Positions 47,027 to 57,979 of a stretch of 64,000 nt of DNA are shown here, one piece after another. The notes under the pieces are model-generated. The model did not search any database and was not told the origin of the DNA. It saw only the letters and a list, made by a program, of their open reading frames with translations. The position numbers and the translations under genes were made by a program. Positions within the stretch are counted from its first letter, which is position 1. Each line of letters opens with the position of its first letter. This stretch comes from Phyllosticta citribraziliensis (lineage: Eukaryota), in the NCBI RefSeq assembly GCF_038025025.1, contig NW_027117339.1, positions 2,046,001 to 2,110,000 on the forward strand, in the 5' to 3' direction.

Positions 47027-48166
47027 CCTGACCTGACGCTCCCTTGGCCGGACTTCATTCTCCTGGATGACCTTCGGATTTAACTACTTGTCCAAACTCT
47101 GGCTCCGAAAGAAGAGGCATCCCACGCATCGTCATGGCATCACTTGCATCAGAAATGACGGCGTTTGCTTTGATGCCCGTCCCCGTCGTACCTTGAAACA
47201 AGTGCGAGCATGTGCACTGTGGCTGAGAGCATCAATGACGATCTTCTTTGGTTGTGCAGAAAGACTATAATAATCCGCGGTTCGCTATTGCATATAAATT
47301 AGTAATCCCTGTCGTGCAGTAGGGACTAAGTAAGGCGGCGGCTCGGCAAGCACTATAGAAACAAACTATAGAAAAAAGCTATTTCTGATTCAGACCATTC
47401 AGTGGTCGCTAAATAGGAAACTAAAGAGCGACGACCGCTCATGACGCCCGCGCTCCAAGTCGAAATGGCTGCCTTTGTGTCTCGGTCGCTTTGCTCTCCG
47501 GCGCTTAGCGACAGCGATGCACATCAAACAGTTCGAAACGCCCGGACGGCTTCCACTGACGACGCACAGCCAATCGACGACATATCACGTGGAGCAAAGA
47601 CCTCTCAGTCTTCAGCCTCGTCGCTGTCGCTTACACGACTGGCCCATCGTTTCCCTTGTCGGACAGGCCAATCTCGTGGCCAACCGTTCATCAGTCGCGG
47701 GCGTGAAGAACGCAAGCCCAAGTCAGGCATTTGAGCCCTGTGGCTCCGTGTAAGCAAAAGTCAAAGCCATTCATTTGGCCAGTTGGTGGTAAGCTGGCTG
47801 TGTTGGTCACACGGGGAGGCGCTGAGTAGACGCCTGCAAGTAAGCCAAAGGAACGTAGGTATGTAGCCAAGTAGGGGGCCAACACCTCGTTCAAGGTGCA
47901 TTCTCCAACCTCCCAGCTGACAGAGCCGCAAGCGGCTTGTGGAGTGAATTGGAGTCAACTCTCTCTTCTTTGCCCCTCAAAAGTCCTTCTTTACGCTCTT
48001 CTCCCCATCTCTCTTTTGCAAAACAGCCGTCTTCGCTTCTTGAATCTTGACCATCGCCACTCTCTACGTTGTACAAAGTCGAGCTTCACAAACAAAGATT
48101 GATTGAATAACACCAACACCATCCCTCGAAACCACGCCTTGCTTTCTCTTCATACGCTCTTCTACC

Positions 48167-48955
48167 ATGGCAAACCTCAAAACTCTCCTTCTTCTGTGCG
48201 CTTGGATCGCTGCAGGCATTGCGATACCACTTTACGATGACATCAACCTTGGCGAACATGCTCACTCACCTCGTGCCTTGAATCGAATTGGCCTTGGCGG
48301 TGCTTTCCACGAAATCAACGTCGAGTCCAGCACTGAACAGCGCTCGCGTGCTCTCAGCAACAAGGAGACTGCTAGCGGCGGCGCACCCTGGTCCGTCCTC
48401 GTCTCGCGCATTCTCGCGACCTCGTCAAACACGTCTTCCTGCGATGGCGCGGCCTACCCCAACGAATGCCGCACCGCCGCCCAGGCCGGCCCACCCATCT
48501 TCGCGTCATGGGCCAAGTACGATATCTCGTCAATGGCGACGCGCGCCGCGGTCGTGTCGCTCATGCTCTACGAATCCGGCGACTTCAAGTACAACTGGGG
48601 CCACTTTGTCAGCGGCCAGACGATCCACACGCCAGGCAAGGGGACGCGCAACATGCAGAGCGCCACCTACAACGAGGAGTACGCAACGTTCCTGTTTGGC
48701 GCGGACAAGGTGGCGCAGGCAAAGAGCTCCGGCGGCGCCGATGGTGTCCTCAGCCTCGTCAGCGGCGACGAGGCCAGCTTTGGCAGCGCGGCCTGGTTCT
48801 TGACCACGCAGTGCACCAAGGCCGTCCAGCAGGGCGTGGCGAGCGGCACGCAGGCCGGGTTCGAAGAATACATCACCGGCTGCATTGGTGGCACCATGGA
48901 CGACAGTCGAATCGAGTACTGGACCAAGGCCAAGGCGGCGTGGGGAGTCGAGTGA
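48167..48955 (+). CDS. Secreted protein with lysozyme/GH19-like motifs
   Basis: Signal peptide, strong C/G-ending codon bias, four Cys in the mature domain, AAVVSLMLYESGDFKY, GKGTRNMQ..YN and SFGSAAWFL. Confidence 0.8.
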   Translation: MANLKTLLLLCAWIAAGIAIPLYDDINLGEHAHSPRALNRIGLGGAFHEINVESSTEQRSRALSNKETASGGAPWSVLVSRILATSSNTSSCDGAAYPNECRTAAQAGPPIFASWAKYDISSMATRAAVVSLMLYESGDFKYNWGHFVSGQTIHTPGKGTRNMQSATYNEEYATFLFGADKVAQAKSSGGADGVLSLVSGDEASFGSAAWFLTTQCTKAVQQGVASGTQAGFEEYITGCIGGTMDDSRIEYWTKAKAAWGVE

Positions 48956-51577
48956 GTCTCGTGCCTCGTGGAATGCGCAGATAAGGACGGTATGGAATGG
49001 GGATTCTTTTCGACAGGGAGGGAGTTTACTTGGGTTACTTGATGCCCACGCAGCCGAAACAGCTCACATGGGCTCGACGACGACAAGGACGATAGTTAGT
49101 ACGTGCGTGTGCTGGCTGGCTGGCCGCATGGGCGTATACAGTCGACTGTATCTGGACGGATAGAAGGGCGCTACTGCGACCACGCATGAACTCGGGCCTT
49201 TTTCCGCATCCTCTGAAATGAAATGATGAAATGTCGTCTTTTGCTCAAGATGTTTGCCCATTGGCTGGGCGGCAGATGCAGTCAGAGATAAGTAGGTGGC
49301 GGAAGGATGGTTAAGGGCTAAGAATAGCTGGGCTAAGAATATTGAATTTGACATGTCCTGTATCCATTAGGTACGCCGCGGTAATAGTCGGTCAAGTCGG
49401 GGATACGAGGCCGACGTCGAGGAACGGGCAGGGCAGCGCAGCGACTGGAGCCACCAATTGTGAGAGTACTAGACACGTTTATGCGCCTGTGACGCCAATG
49501 ATCCAGTCTCTCTCCAGTGGTTGTTGGCGGCGTCTTGCAGCCAGCGGAACGGTGCAGACGGCGGGCTTGTCTGGTGAGGTGGTGATGGAAAGGTTCATGT
49601 GGTGTTGTAGAAAGTAGAATGAGCAAGCGAAGACCCGGATACCTACGGTACGGTACGCACCTCAGACGCCCGGCAAAATCGACCCGCTCCGGCACCGCTC
49701 CGACAGCCCCCGCCGTTCCTTCCATCCATCTTCCGCTTCCATCTGCCTGCCCGTCGTCTTCTAAACTCGACATCTGCGCACATCATCTCGGCCCCCAAAC
49801 TTTGACCCGCCGTAACTTACAGCTGTTGCTCATGCGCATGGGTTCTGCCATGCTTCTCGCCTTTCCAGCGGTGCCCACGAACAACACTGGCGGCTATTTG
49901 GTCGCCGTCGACGGTGCGACGCTGAAAAACTCAGTCTCAATACACACGTCTTCCTCCGCTCGGACAAGCTCTTGGATAACGTTATGCCAATGCAGTGATC
50001 GACTGGCATGGCCAAAGTGGCGCAATCGTTGCCGGAGAATTCCAGCATTACACGCCGCAAAGTGACCTCTCACAAAGGATCTGGACGTAAAGACATTGTC
50101 TCAACCACGGCTAGTACTTGCGAGCAGAGGGCCAATGTCGCCGCGCTACGATTGATACTGTCGCTGATGGGCTTACTGGCTGAACTCCCGTGCATGGCAT
50201 CCAAGCCCGCCCACTCGCATGATATCCCTACGCCCAAGACCTACTGCTCCCTTCGGTTCCACGCGCGAGCTCCGTTCAGGCTATCCACTCCCCTCCCCTT
50301 CGTCGCTGTTGTTCAGACGGCGTATACCGAGCGCACCGCGGATGATCAAAACATTCTCGAGGAGCATTCCCAAGATCGTCCGACGACGACGGGCTGGTCG
50401 TGCCACATGCCTCACGGACCCTGCAAGACCGCCGACCAAGTCTGCGGATATCTTCAATCTAACAGTATTGGCTACACCCCTTTTCTGAACCCTCGCATGA
50501 CGGCACCATCCATTCGCTCAGCGTCGTCGATCTCCGCCCTTCGCGGACATTCTTCTACGTACAGCAGAGATCCACGTGCATGGGTAGGTGGACTGCGCAT
50601 CTGCCCGCTGGAATTGGATTTTCCAGACTGTTATTGTTTAGCACGTTGCCACCATTTCACCATTGTGGAACTCGCCTCAGACAAACCTCACACGGGGCAA
50701 CGACGCGAGTCTGTCGCTCGACGGGACCATCTGGCTTGCACGATATCGTTGCGCAATTCATTCAAGTGTACTGAAAAGACTGGAGAGAATTTCGGAAGAG
50801 CCAAACTGAACATGAATGTGTTGGGATTCTTGCAGACTCGTCCCGGCCCGCGCATTCATTTCCAGCGGACGATAGCCATCAGGCGTGACTATCAGCGCAG
50901 TGGATACTCAGACGAGGCCTTGCCAGGATACTTTTCTGGTTTGCAACCAAAAGCCTTCCGAGAAACAATCTTTAAGATGCACGGTCAGACTTCTGAATGC
51001 TAACTGTATGGGGTGGTGGCAAGCTTATTTTCACGTCAGTATGCTTGAGAAACGAGAGAAAAGAATGCCAAAGACGACCGGACTGCGGAAATTCGTAATC
51101 CGGGCAAAAACGTGTACTTGAAGCAGGTAAGCCGCGGTATCCATTGCCTCTCTGCCCTTGGCGTGAAAGCGACCCGGAGCCCGAGTTTACTGCTCTCAGT
51201 TGCTAACCCAAAGCTATTTTACCCGCAATCATGGGTAAAGAGCCGTCATCATCTCTTATCGAACCCGCCACAGGCGTGAACGAAAAGATCCAATGGCGCG
51301 CAGACTCGACCCTCAAGATGGTCTCAGCCAATTCTGTTGCTGGGGAGGCCATTATGCCCGGCAGCAGGAAATGGATCTTCGTCGCGGGGTCTGACTGAAC
51401 CAGGTAAATTCAGACGGACCCTTTGGATGGTGCACCTTCGCTACCATCCGCGAGCCTCGCGACTCCTCTGAGAAACCCCCCAACGTGGCGTGTCCTTGGA
51501 ATTGTTGAGGCAGAACTTCGAGGCTGGCCCTCTTCATTTCAAGTCTTGCTCGCTCCATCGCAGCCAAACACGACGAA

Positions 51578-52978
51578 ATGGACGGCTACGACATCAAGCT
51601 TCTTGACGTTGACATTGTGGCCAGAGAGTTTGAGGAACACCGCCGCTTGGAACAACAGATTGCAGACAAGACGCGCCATGCGTCTTACGTACAAGCCCCA
51701 AGGAATACTCACTTCCGCGAAGATGTTCCTGTTGCAGACCCATCACCAGATCTAGAATCCCGGCGAAGTAGCCTACCGTCATGGCAAGAAAAGAATGTTC
51801 AGCGCAGACCCAGAAGGAAAAGAGTCGGGATCCTGCTCCTCATCATCGCGCTAGCCGGTATTGCTGGAATTGCTGGCGGCTTCGGAGGCTACTACTCTAA
51901 GAATCAAAAGTACCAGCAGTCAATCAGCTTGCTACAGTCGTCCCGACTGTCAGCACTTAACTTTACGGACGTATCTGGACACGAAAACCACCTGGTTTAC
52001 TACCAAGCCAACGGTCTGGACATCTTCCAGGCGATGTGGAACTCCACGACGCTCGAATGGCAAACATCTCGGGTGACGGGAGCAGATTGTGACGTCAAAA
52101 ACAATACCCCCATCGCAGCAAACGTCTACTGGAAGTCAAATGATGTGAGCTCATTCTTCCTTTCACAATACGCTGCAGATACATTCTAACTTGACGATAG
52201 GAAATGGGTTTTCATGTGTACTACCTCGATTCGCAAAACGTGATCCAGCGGAGGTGGAGCAGTCTGGAAGACGGTGTTTGGTACGGAGCACAGAACGGGA
52301 CGGTTGTGGCCGCTGCATCCTCCGACCTGGCTTCACAAGGATCCACCTGCTACAAGTGCTTGCAAGACGACATGATCATTTTCCAAGACGACGCTGGAAA
52401 CCTCCAGATGAGCAGTGTGGTTAACGGTACATGGAACACGCCAGAAAAGTCTGTCGTGGCATCAAACGTGTCGCAAGGGACAGGCTTCGCCGTTGTGCCA
52501 CAATTCTCTATCAACCCAACGACATTCGCAGTCTTTTACCATGACTCGAAAAAACAAACCTTGGAAGGAACCCTCTGGAACGGGACTACCTGGAATCCGT
52601 GGTGTAAGTTGTGTGACCCCTTCAGCGCGAACAACTAATGACAATGATCCAGTGTTTGATTCGAATCTCTGGCCGCCAATGTCAATGGCAGCTTTTGCCT
52701 TCGGATGGGACAAGTCTCAGAAACGGGCAAGCAAGCTCCAAATTCTTGCAACGAATTCGGAGGGCCTTCTTGCCTTCACCAACTGGAATACTACCAGCGG
52801 TTGGACAGTCCCAACGACCAATGCGAAGTTCCTGGAATATACTACGGTTGCGACGAACGAGGCCGGCAGGTTCTACGGGATCACGAGGCCTGATAATGAA
52901 CATGAAGTGGTCCACCTCACACAGTGGGCATATGACGACGACGGCAACTACGAATGGATCGGCAATGTGGATATCTAG
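51578..52978 (+). CDS. Type II membrane protein with extracellular fungal fucose-specific-lectin-like beta-propeller; introns 52145-52200 and 52604-52652
   Basis: RRPRRKR followed by a hydrophobic TM (ILLLIIALAGIAGIAGGFGGY), then repeated blades (LVYYQ..W, NTPIAA, FHVYYLD..W, IIFQD, GTGFAV, AVFYHD..W) and many N-glycosylation sequons. Start codon uncertain. Confidence 0.7.
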
Positions 52979-53397
52979 GAAGGGGATGATGTGGCGCTTT
53001 GGGTTATGGCTTTGTTTCTGTCCTTATTACCCAACTCTAATACTTCTGTCTAATGTCGCTGCACAGTGATTCAAATCATATGGTCGAGCGGCGCCACCGT
53101 CGACCGCGTCGCAACGATTTCCCAAATTTGCTCTGGCGATGCGTGGTTTATTAATCAGGAAGGTGGCCGATTGGATACTAGCACGAATATTCAAACGAAT
53201 GGGAGTATGGGGGATGAACGACTGGTACCAGGATCCCTTGTCCATGTGCAGATCCTAAACACGACTCCGCTCGATAGCGACGAGCGATGAAGCAATCCAT
53301 CCCACTATGCATGCAGTAACTGTCTTGCCGTTACTGTCACCAGCCTTCCTACTGCACTAAACTAGGATCGTTTTTGCCGTGCTATCAGGCTGTCGAC

Positions 53398-55079
53398 ATG
53401 CGTCCACGCATTCCCGGGTCAGTGCCCTCGTACGGCACCATGGACACATCATCTCCACCAGTTGGCGCTGAGGCATCAGCAAGGCCAAAAACTCATGACG
53501 ACAGTCGAATCGATGAATCGACCCGATTGACTACTATTTCGGAGGTCGAAGATGAGGCAAACAGCTTCTTCGAGCGTCACATCCGGCTCAAAGTGGACCT
53601 CCGCCTCTGCACAATTGCTGGGATACTGTGCAGCTTGAATCTGCTCGACAGCGGCGTCATCTCGAATGCTTCTGTGACTTCCATGCTCACCGACCTCGAG
53701 CTTGACAAGGGAAACCGCTACTCGGTGGCCATCTTCATATTCACCTGCTCCAGCATCGCCTTCCAACTACCTTCAACCGTCGCCGTTCGCACGTTTGGCC
53801 CTCGCACATGGTTCAGCATCATTACATTTACTTTTGGCATCATCACGCTCTGCACTGGCTTCATACATACATGGCAGCAAATGATTTTCCTGCGCATCCT
53901 GCTCGGCGCCACCATGTCCGGCATCTACCCGGGCCTGATCTACCTCATCTCGACGTGGTACACGCGTCAAGAACAACAGCTCCGCTTTGCATTCCTCCAA
54001 AGCGGCCAGGTCATCGTCCTCGCTACGGGCAACATCGTCAACTACGGTCTGAACCAGCTGGACGGACAGGGAGGCCTCGCAGGCTGGCGCTGGATGTTCG
54101 CTGTCCAGGGTCTCATCACCTGCGTCATCGGCATCGCGACGTACTGGTGGATGGTCGAATTTCCCGAAACCAGCCACGAATGCTTCAAGTTCCTGAACAA
54201 GGAGGAAAGCATCGTCGCGACCAAGCGGATTCACCGAGACAGAGGCGACGTGCATGCAGACGCGTTTGCGATCAAAAAGGTCCTTGTGCACGCCACCGAC
54301 ATCAAGGTCTACGGCTTCGCGATCCTCTTCTTCCTTCAAAACATTGTTTCGACCGCGCTTTCATACTTTCTGCCCATCATCCTCGAGAAAGGCATGGGCT
54401 TCTCGTCAGCCCGGTCAATCTTGCTGTCGGCGCCGCCCTACTATTGGGCGGTCATTCCAGCCTCGCTCTCTTCCTTCATGGGCGACAGGTATTGTCTCAG
54501 GGGACCCGTCATCATATTCAACGCCGTGTGTCTCATTGCTGGTTTTGCGATGCTAGGCTTCTCGGACGTCGTTGCTGTGCGCTACATTGGGACTTTTGTG
54601 GCGACCGGGGCGTTCGTGGCCAATTGGGCTGCGTTGAGCGCCTACCAGGCGAACAATGTCGTTGGGTGAGCGTACAAACCGAAAAGAGGAATGATTGCAA
54701 GCTGACTTGCATCTGTAGACAGTGGAAGCGCGTCTTCACGTCAGCTACCTGCACTGCTTTCAACGGAGCTGGCGGCGTCGCTGGCAGCTACATTGTCCGC
54801 AGCCAAGAGGCTCCGAATTACAAGACAGCCGTCTGGGTTTCGATCGGGTATGGTCGTCCTCCTCGCTTGAGCTGCCAGGCCCGTTGTGACTGACCGGTAG
54901 ACAGATCCCACATCTTGATGATGAGCATTGTTGCAGCACTTTCGGTACACTTTGCTTTAGCAAATCGGGCGCAGAAAGAGGGTCGGAGGGTTTTGGAGAA
55001 TACGGTAAGTTCCAAAGTGATGCTTAGTAGCTCGACGGTGCTAATGTTTGGACAGGTGGGATTCCGTTTCACTTTCTAG
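53398..55079 (+). CDS. MFS anion:cation symporter (ACS; Tna1/Dal5-like) transporter; 3 introns
   Basis: LKVDLRL, NLLDSGVISNA, YLISTWYTRQEQQLR, GLAGWRWMFAVQG, LLSAPPY, ANNVVG|QWKR and terminal GFRFTF*. Confidence 0.9.
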
Positions 55080-55565
55080 CTACTTTACGAGGAGCGTTGC
55101 TTTGCGATTTCTTTCAAAACTGAAATCAAAACCAATCTCACCGGGCAACAGATTGCTCAAACTCGCGTTCGTACCGAGGTCCGCCGTAAGATATGGCGCT
55201 TCCAAGACAGTGACACACAGAAACCGATCATCAAGAAATCCAGAAAGCTAAAAAGTGCTCTTTGGGTCAGAAGAGGGCATGTAGCGGATGCGAGCCAGCT
55301 GTTGCGTGTGTCCGAACTTAAGTGATTGTCTTGCCCAGTCATAAGTCTAATATTTGGTTGGAGACGTGGCGATTCGCGGCTTCTGCTTTCCGACACCGGG
55401 CCCAGATGGTGAGCATAAAGTGTAGATGAACAGTATGCCTCGGTACGACCGAGGCTCATGGCCAGTAAGCCTGAAACCAAGCAAGCCATGTACTTTCAAT
55501 TGGACACCGGGCTCGCTCTTGTGGAAGTTCTTACCGATCGGTACTAGACACGGACGAGACGGGCT

Positions 55566-55613
55566 CCGCGTCCGCCCGTGTCCGCCCGTGTCCGCCCGCG
55601 TCCGCCCGTGTCC
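55566..55613. repeat. 10-bp minisatellite (GTCCGCCCGY), about 4.5 copies
   Basis: CCGCGTCCGCCCGTGTCCGCCCGTGTCCGCCCGCGTCCGCCCGTGTCC read directly. Confidence 0.85.
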
Positions 55614-57949
55614 TTGCCACTTGCGGAACTCCTTGCGAGCTTTCAGGGAAAAGACGCAAGTCTTTCATTCCTGCGTGTCCCGAAACTCCATCGTTGGTTG
55701 GTGTTCGAGACATGAATCTTGCTGCTAACTTCACCGCCGTTCAACAGACGTACTAATGTGGAAATGGTGATGCAAAGCGTTCTAACCAGCGTTGACCCTG
55801 CGATCAAACCGGTTGAAGCGACGCGCTCATTGGCCAAGTGATAAAATAAAAAGCCTACACGACCTAAAAGTCCTGACATGCCCGCACGTTAAGACAGGGA
55901 GCGACGAAAAAAGCCTAACATGGTGCGAAAGCGGAAAACGTGGTAACTTACAAGTTCTCAAACTTTGTTTCCGTTGTCCCTCTCCCTGCTCACCTAAAAA
56001 CTGCGTCGCTGCTTGTGCTCTGCGCACACGAGCTTGTCCCTGCTCTTTAGAATGATTTCACAAGGTTGGCCAAGACGCTCTGGCCCCACAAGTCTTACTT
56101 GCAGTAACTGCGGGTAAGGACAATACTATTTGCCTTGCAGTCTTTTGGGCCCCGGATAAGCGCCTGAACGGTGTGTCAAACCTGCATCAGTCATACAATT
56201 GGACCTCCCGCGTCCATGCTCCTAGATGGGGACAAGAAGAAAATACAAGGCGGGGATACGGCGCGCAATTCCGCTCTAGCAGTCAGCAGAATTTCTTCTT
56301 CATATCATCTTCCCGGTCATCGTTGCCGAGCAGCGGCTTCAAAATCCGCATTCGCTTTCGCATTCCGTCGCGTCTACCGCTTATCATTGCTTGCACTTCT
56401 TCAATGCTCGCCCAAGCAGCCGGTTTATTTCGTTGCTTTACGGAGAATTATCTCCTCATTCGGATTTCCATTACCACATATTTGTACCCGCGCCGCTTCA
56501 GCAATCCATCAACTTGCAACGGGCGCACGATTTTGACTCTGCGCCGTCGAGTAGCTTTATACTACGGCGACAAAGGCGCGATTGAGGGGTTGGTCATGAC
56601 CCAACCTTGTCGCATCGAAGAGTTGCTGACGTTTACAGCGCAGCATGGCGGCAACGTAATGGCTGACTCGTTTCCAGTGTATTTTGGCCACAATTAAGAG
56701 CAAATACCCCGCAAGGTTTGCTGTAGAGAAGCCGACTATACAGTGTTCGCGAAAAACCTTACGCCGTTTTAGATGCGCGGATGTACTTAAGCCGCCCGTT
56801 CCGCCCTCCACCGCCGCGCTTCACGAGCATTATGACTGGTGTTCAACTAAGGAATGGCGGACGCCATCTGAGAGCCCAAAAGTCATAAAGCCCCGGAGAA
56901 TTCAACCTTTAGAACGTGGTCGCAGGGATGTACCTTTCGCCTTGTATGCGGCAGCCCCTAGCCGCGTAGTTAGTCGTACTGTCCACTGTCCAGTTGTTTT
57001 GGTATCTCACAACCCATTCCCCCCTCTTTCCCAACTCACGGGGTTTTTGGACGGATGAATCTCTTCCGGCTGGCCAAGGAGCGCATGAATTGAAGCACTG
57101 ATGACGGACCTTTCGTATCCTGCTTCCACCACCTCAACCTTCCTCGTTCCCCGCCACCTCGCCGCACACATCCGCCGCCGCTCTTTTTGACATCAGTTTG
57201 GCAAGAAACTTGCGGAATGCTGCCCAGACCTCGGCTCCCAGCGCCTTTCAGACCCGATCCGTGACTATTCTCGATGATCCCGGCGTTAGCGCCCGTGGGC
57301 GATGCGGGAGCATGCATCGATGGCGCAATCATATTCGCCTACCGTACCAAGTCGCCTAAATGGGAGGATGCGCGGGAGAAGAGTTGCAGCAGCTGTCACG
57401 GGCGTTTGATGGAGACGGCGCCGCGTAGCTTGTTTGCGCGTGTCCCGATGCACACCCGTATGCTACGCTAGCGGCTTCTGGCGCTGCTTTTTCAATGTCG
57501 TGCAGTCCCTTTTACCTTTGTTTGTGGATTTCGGATCTGCGCATTACCTGCCGCCTTGATTCCGTCATGTCTTGTCTATTCCCAGACTATAACTCGTAAC
57601 GACGAGACGGTGAGTCGATTCAACTTGAAATGCGAGCCCGTGCTTTAGGGCTTGCTTCGCAAAAGTCCTCGCAATTCTTCCCTTATCAGTGGCTGGATCG
57701 GAGTACTGCGGAGGAAGGTTTCCTGTTTTCGTTTTCGAACCGGCCAAATCGAGAGCCAAACGACGCGGCCTTGAGGCAATTAGCTTGCTGCCGAAGTGTC
57801 CGCTAGAACGGTAAGTATGGTAGGGCGGCGGTGGCATTCGCGCCATGAGCGCCAGGTGTAGTGGCGGTTGGGACATGTAGTTGCTGGTTGGTTGGACGGG
57901 GTTGAACCGGGGATTGATATCAGATGACGGGCAGTGACGCTGGGTTGGT

Positions 57950-57979
57950 CGATCATGTACGATCATATACGATCATATA
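57950..57979. repeat. 10-bp tandem repeat CGATCATRTA x3
   Basis: CGATCATGTA CGATCATATA CGATCATATA. Confidence 0.8.

Noticed and set aside
50008..51003. 331-aa ORF between the GH19-like and lectin-like genes
   Set aside because: Non-ATG start, no domain, and composition typical of non-coding GC-rich DNA.
55566..55613. Regular repeats as a possible CRISPR-like array
   Set aside because: Contiguous 10-bp units without spacers in a eukaryotic genome; a minisatellite.
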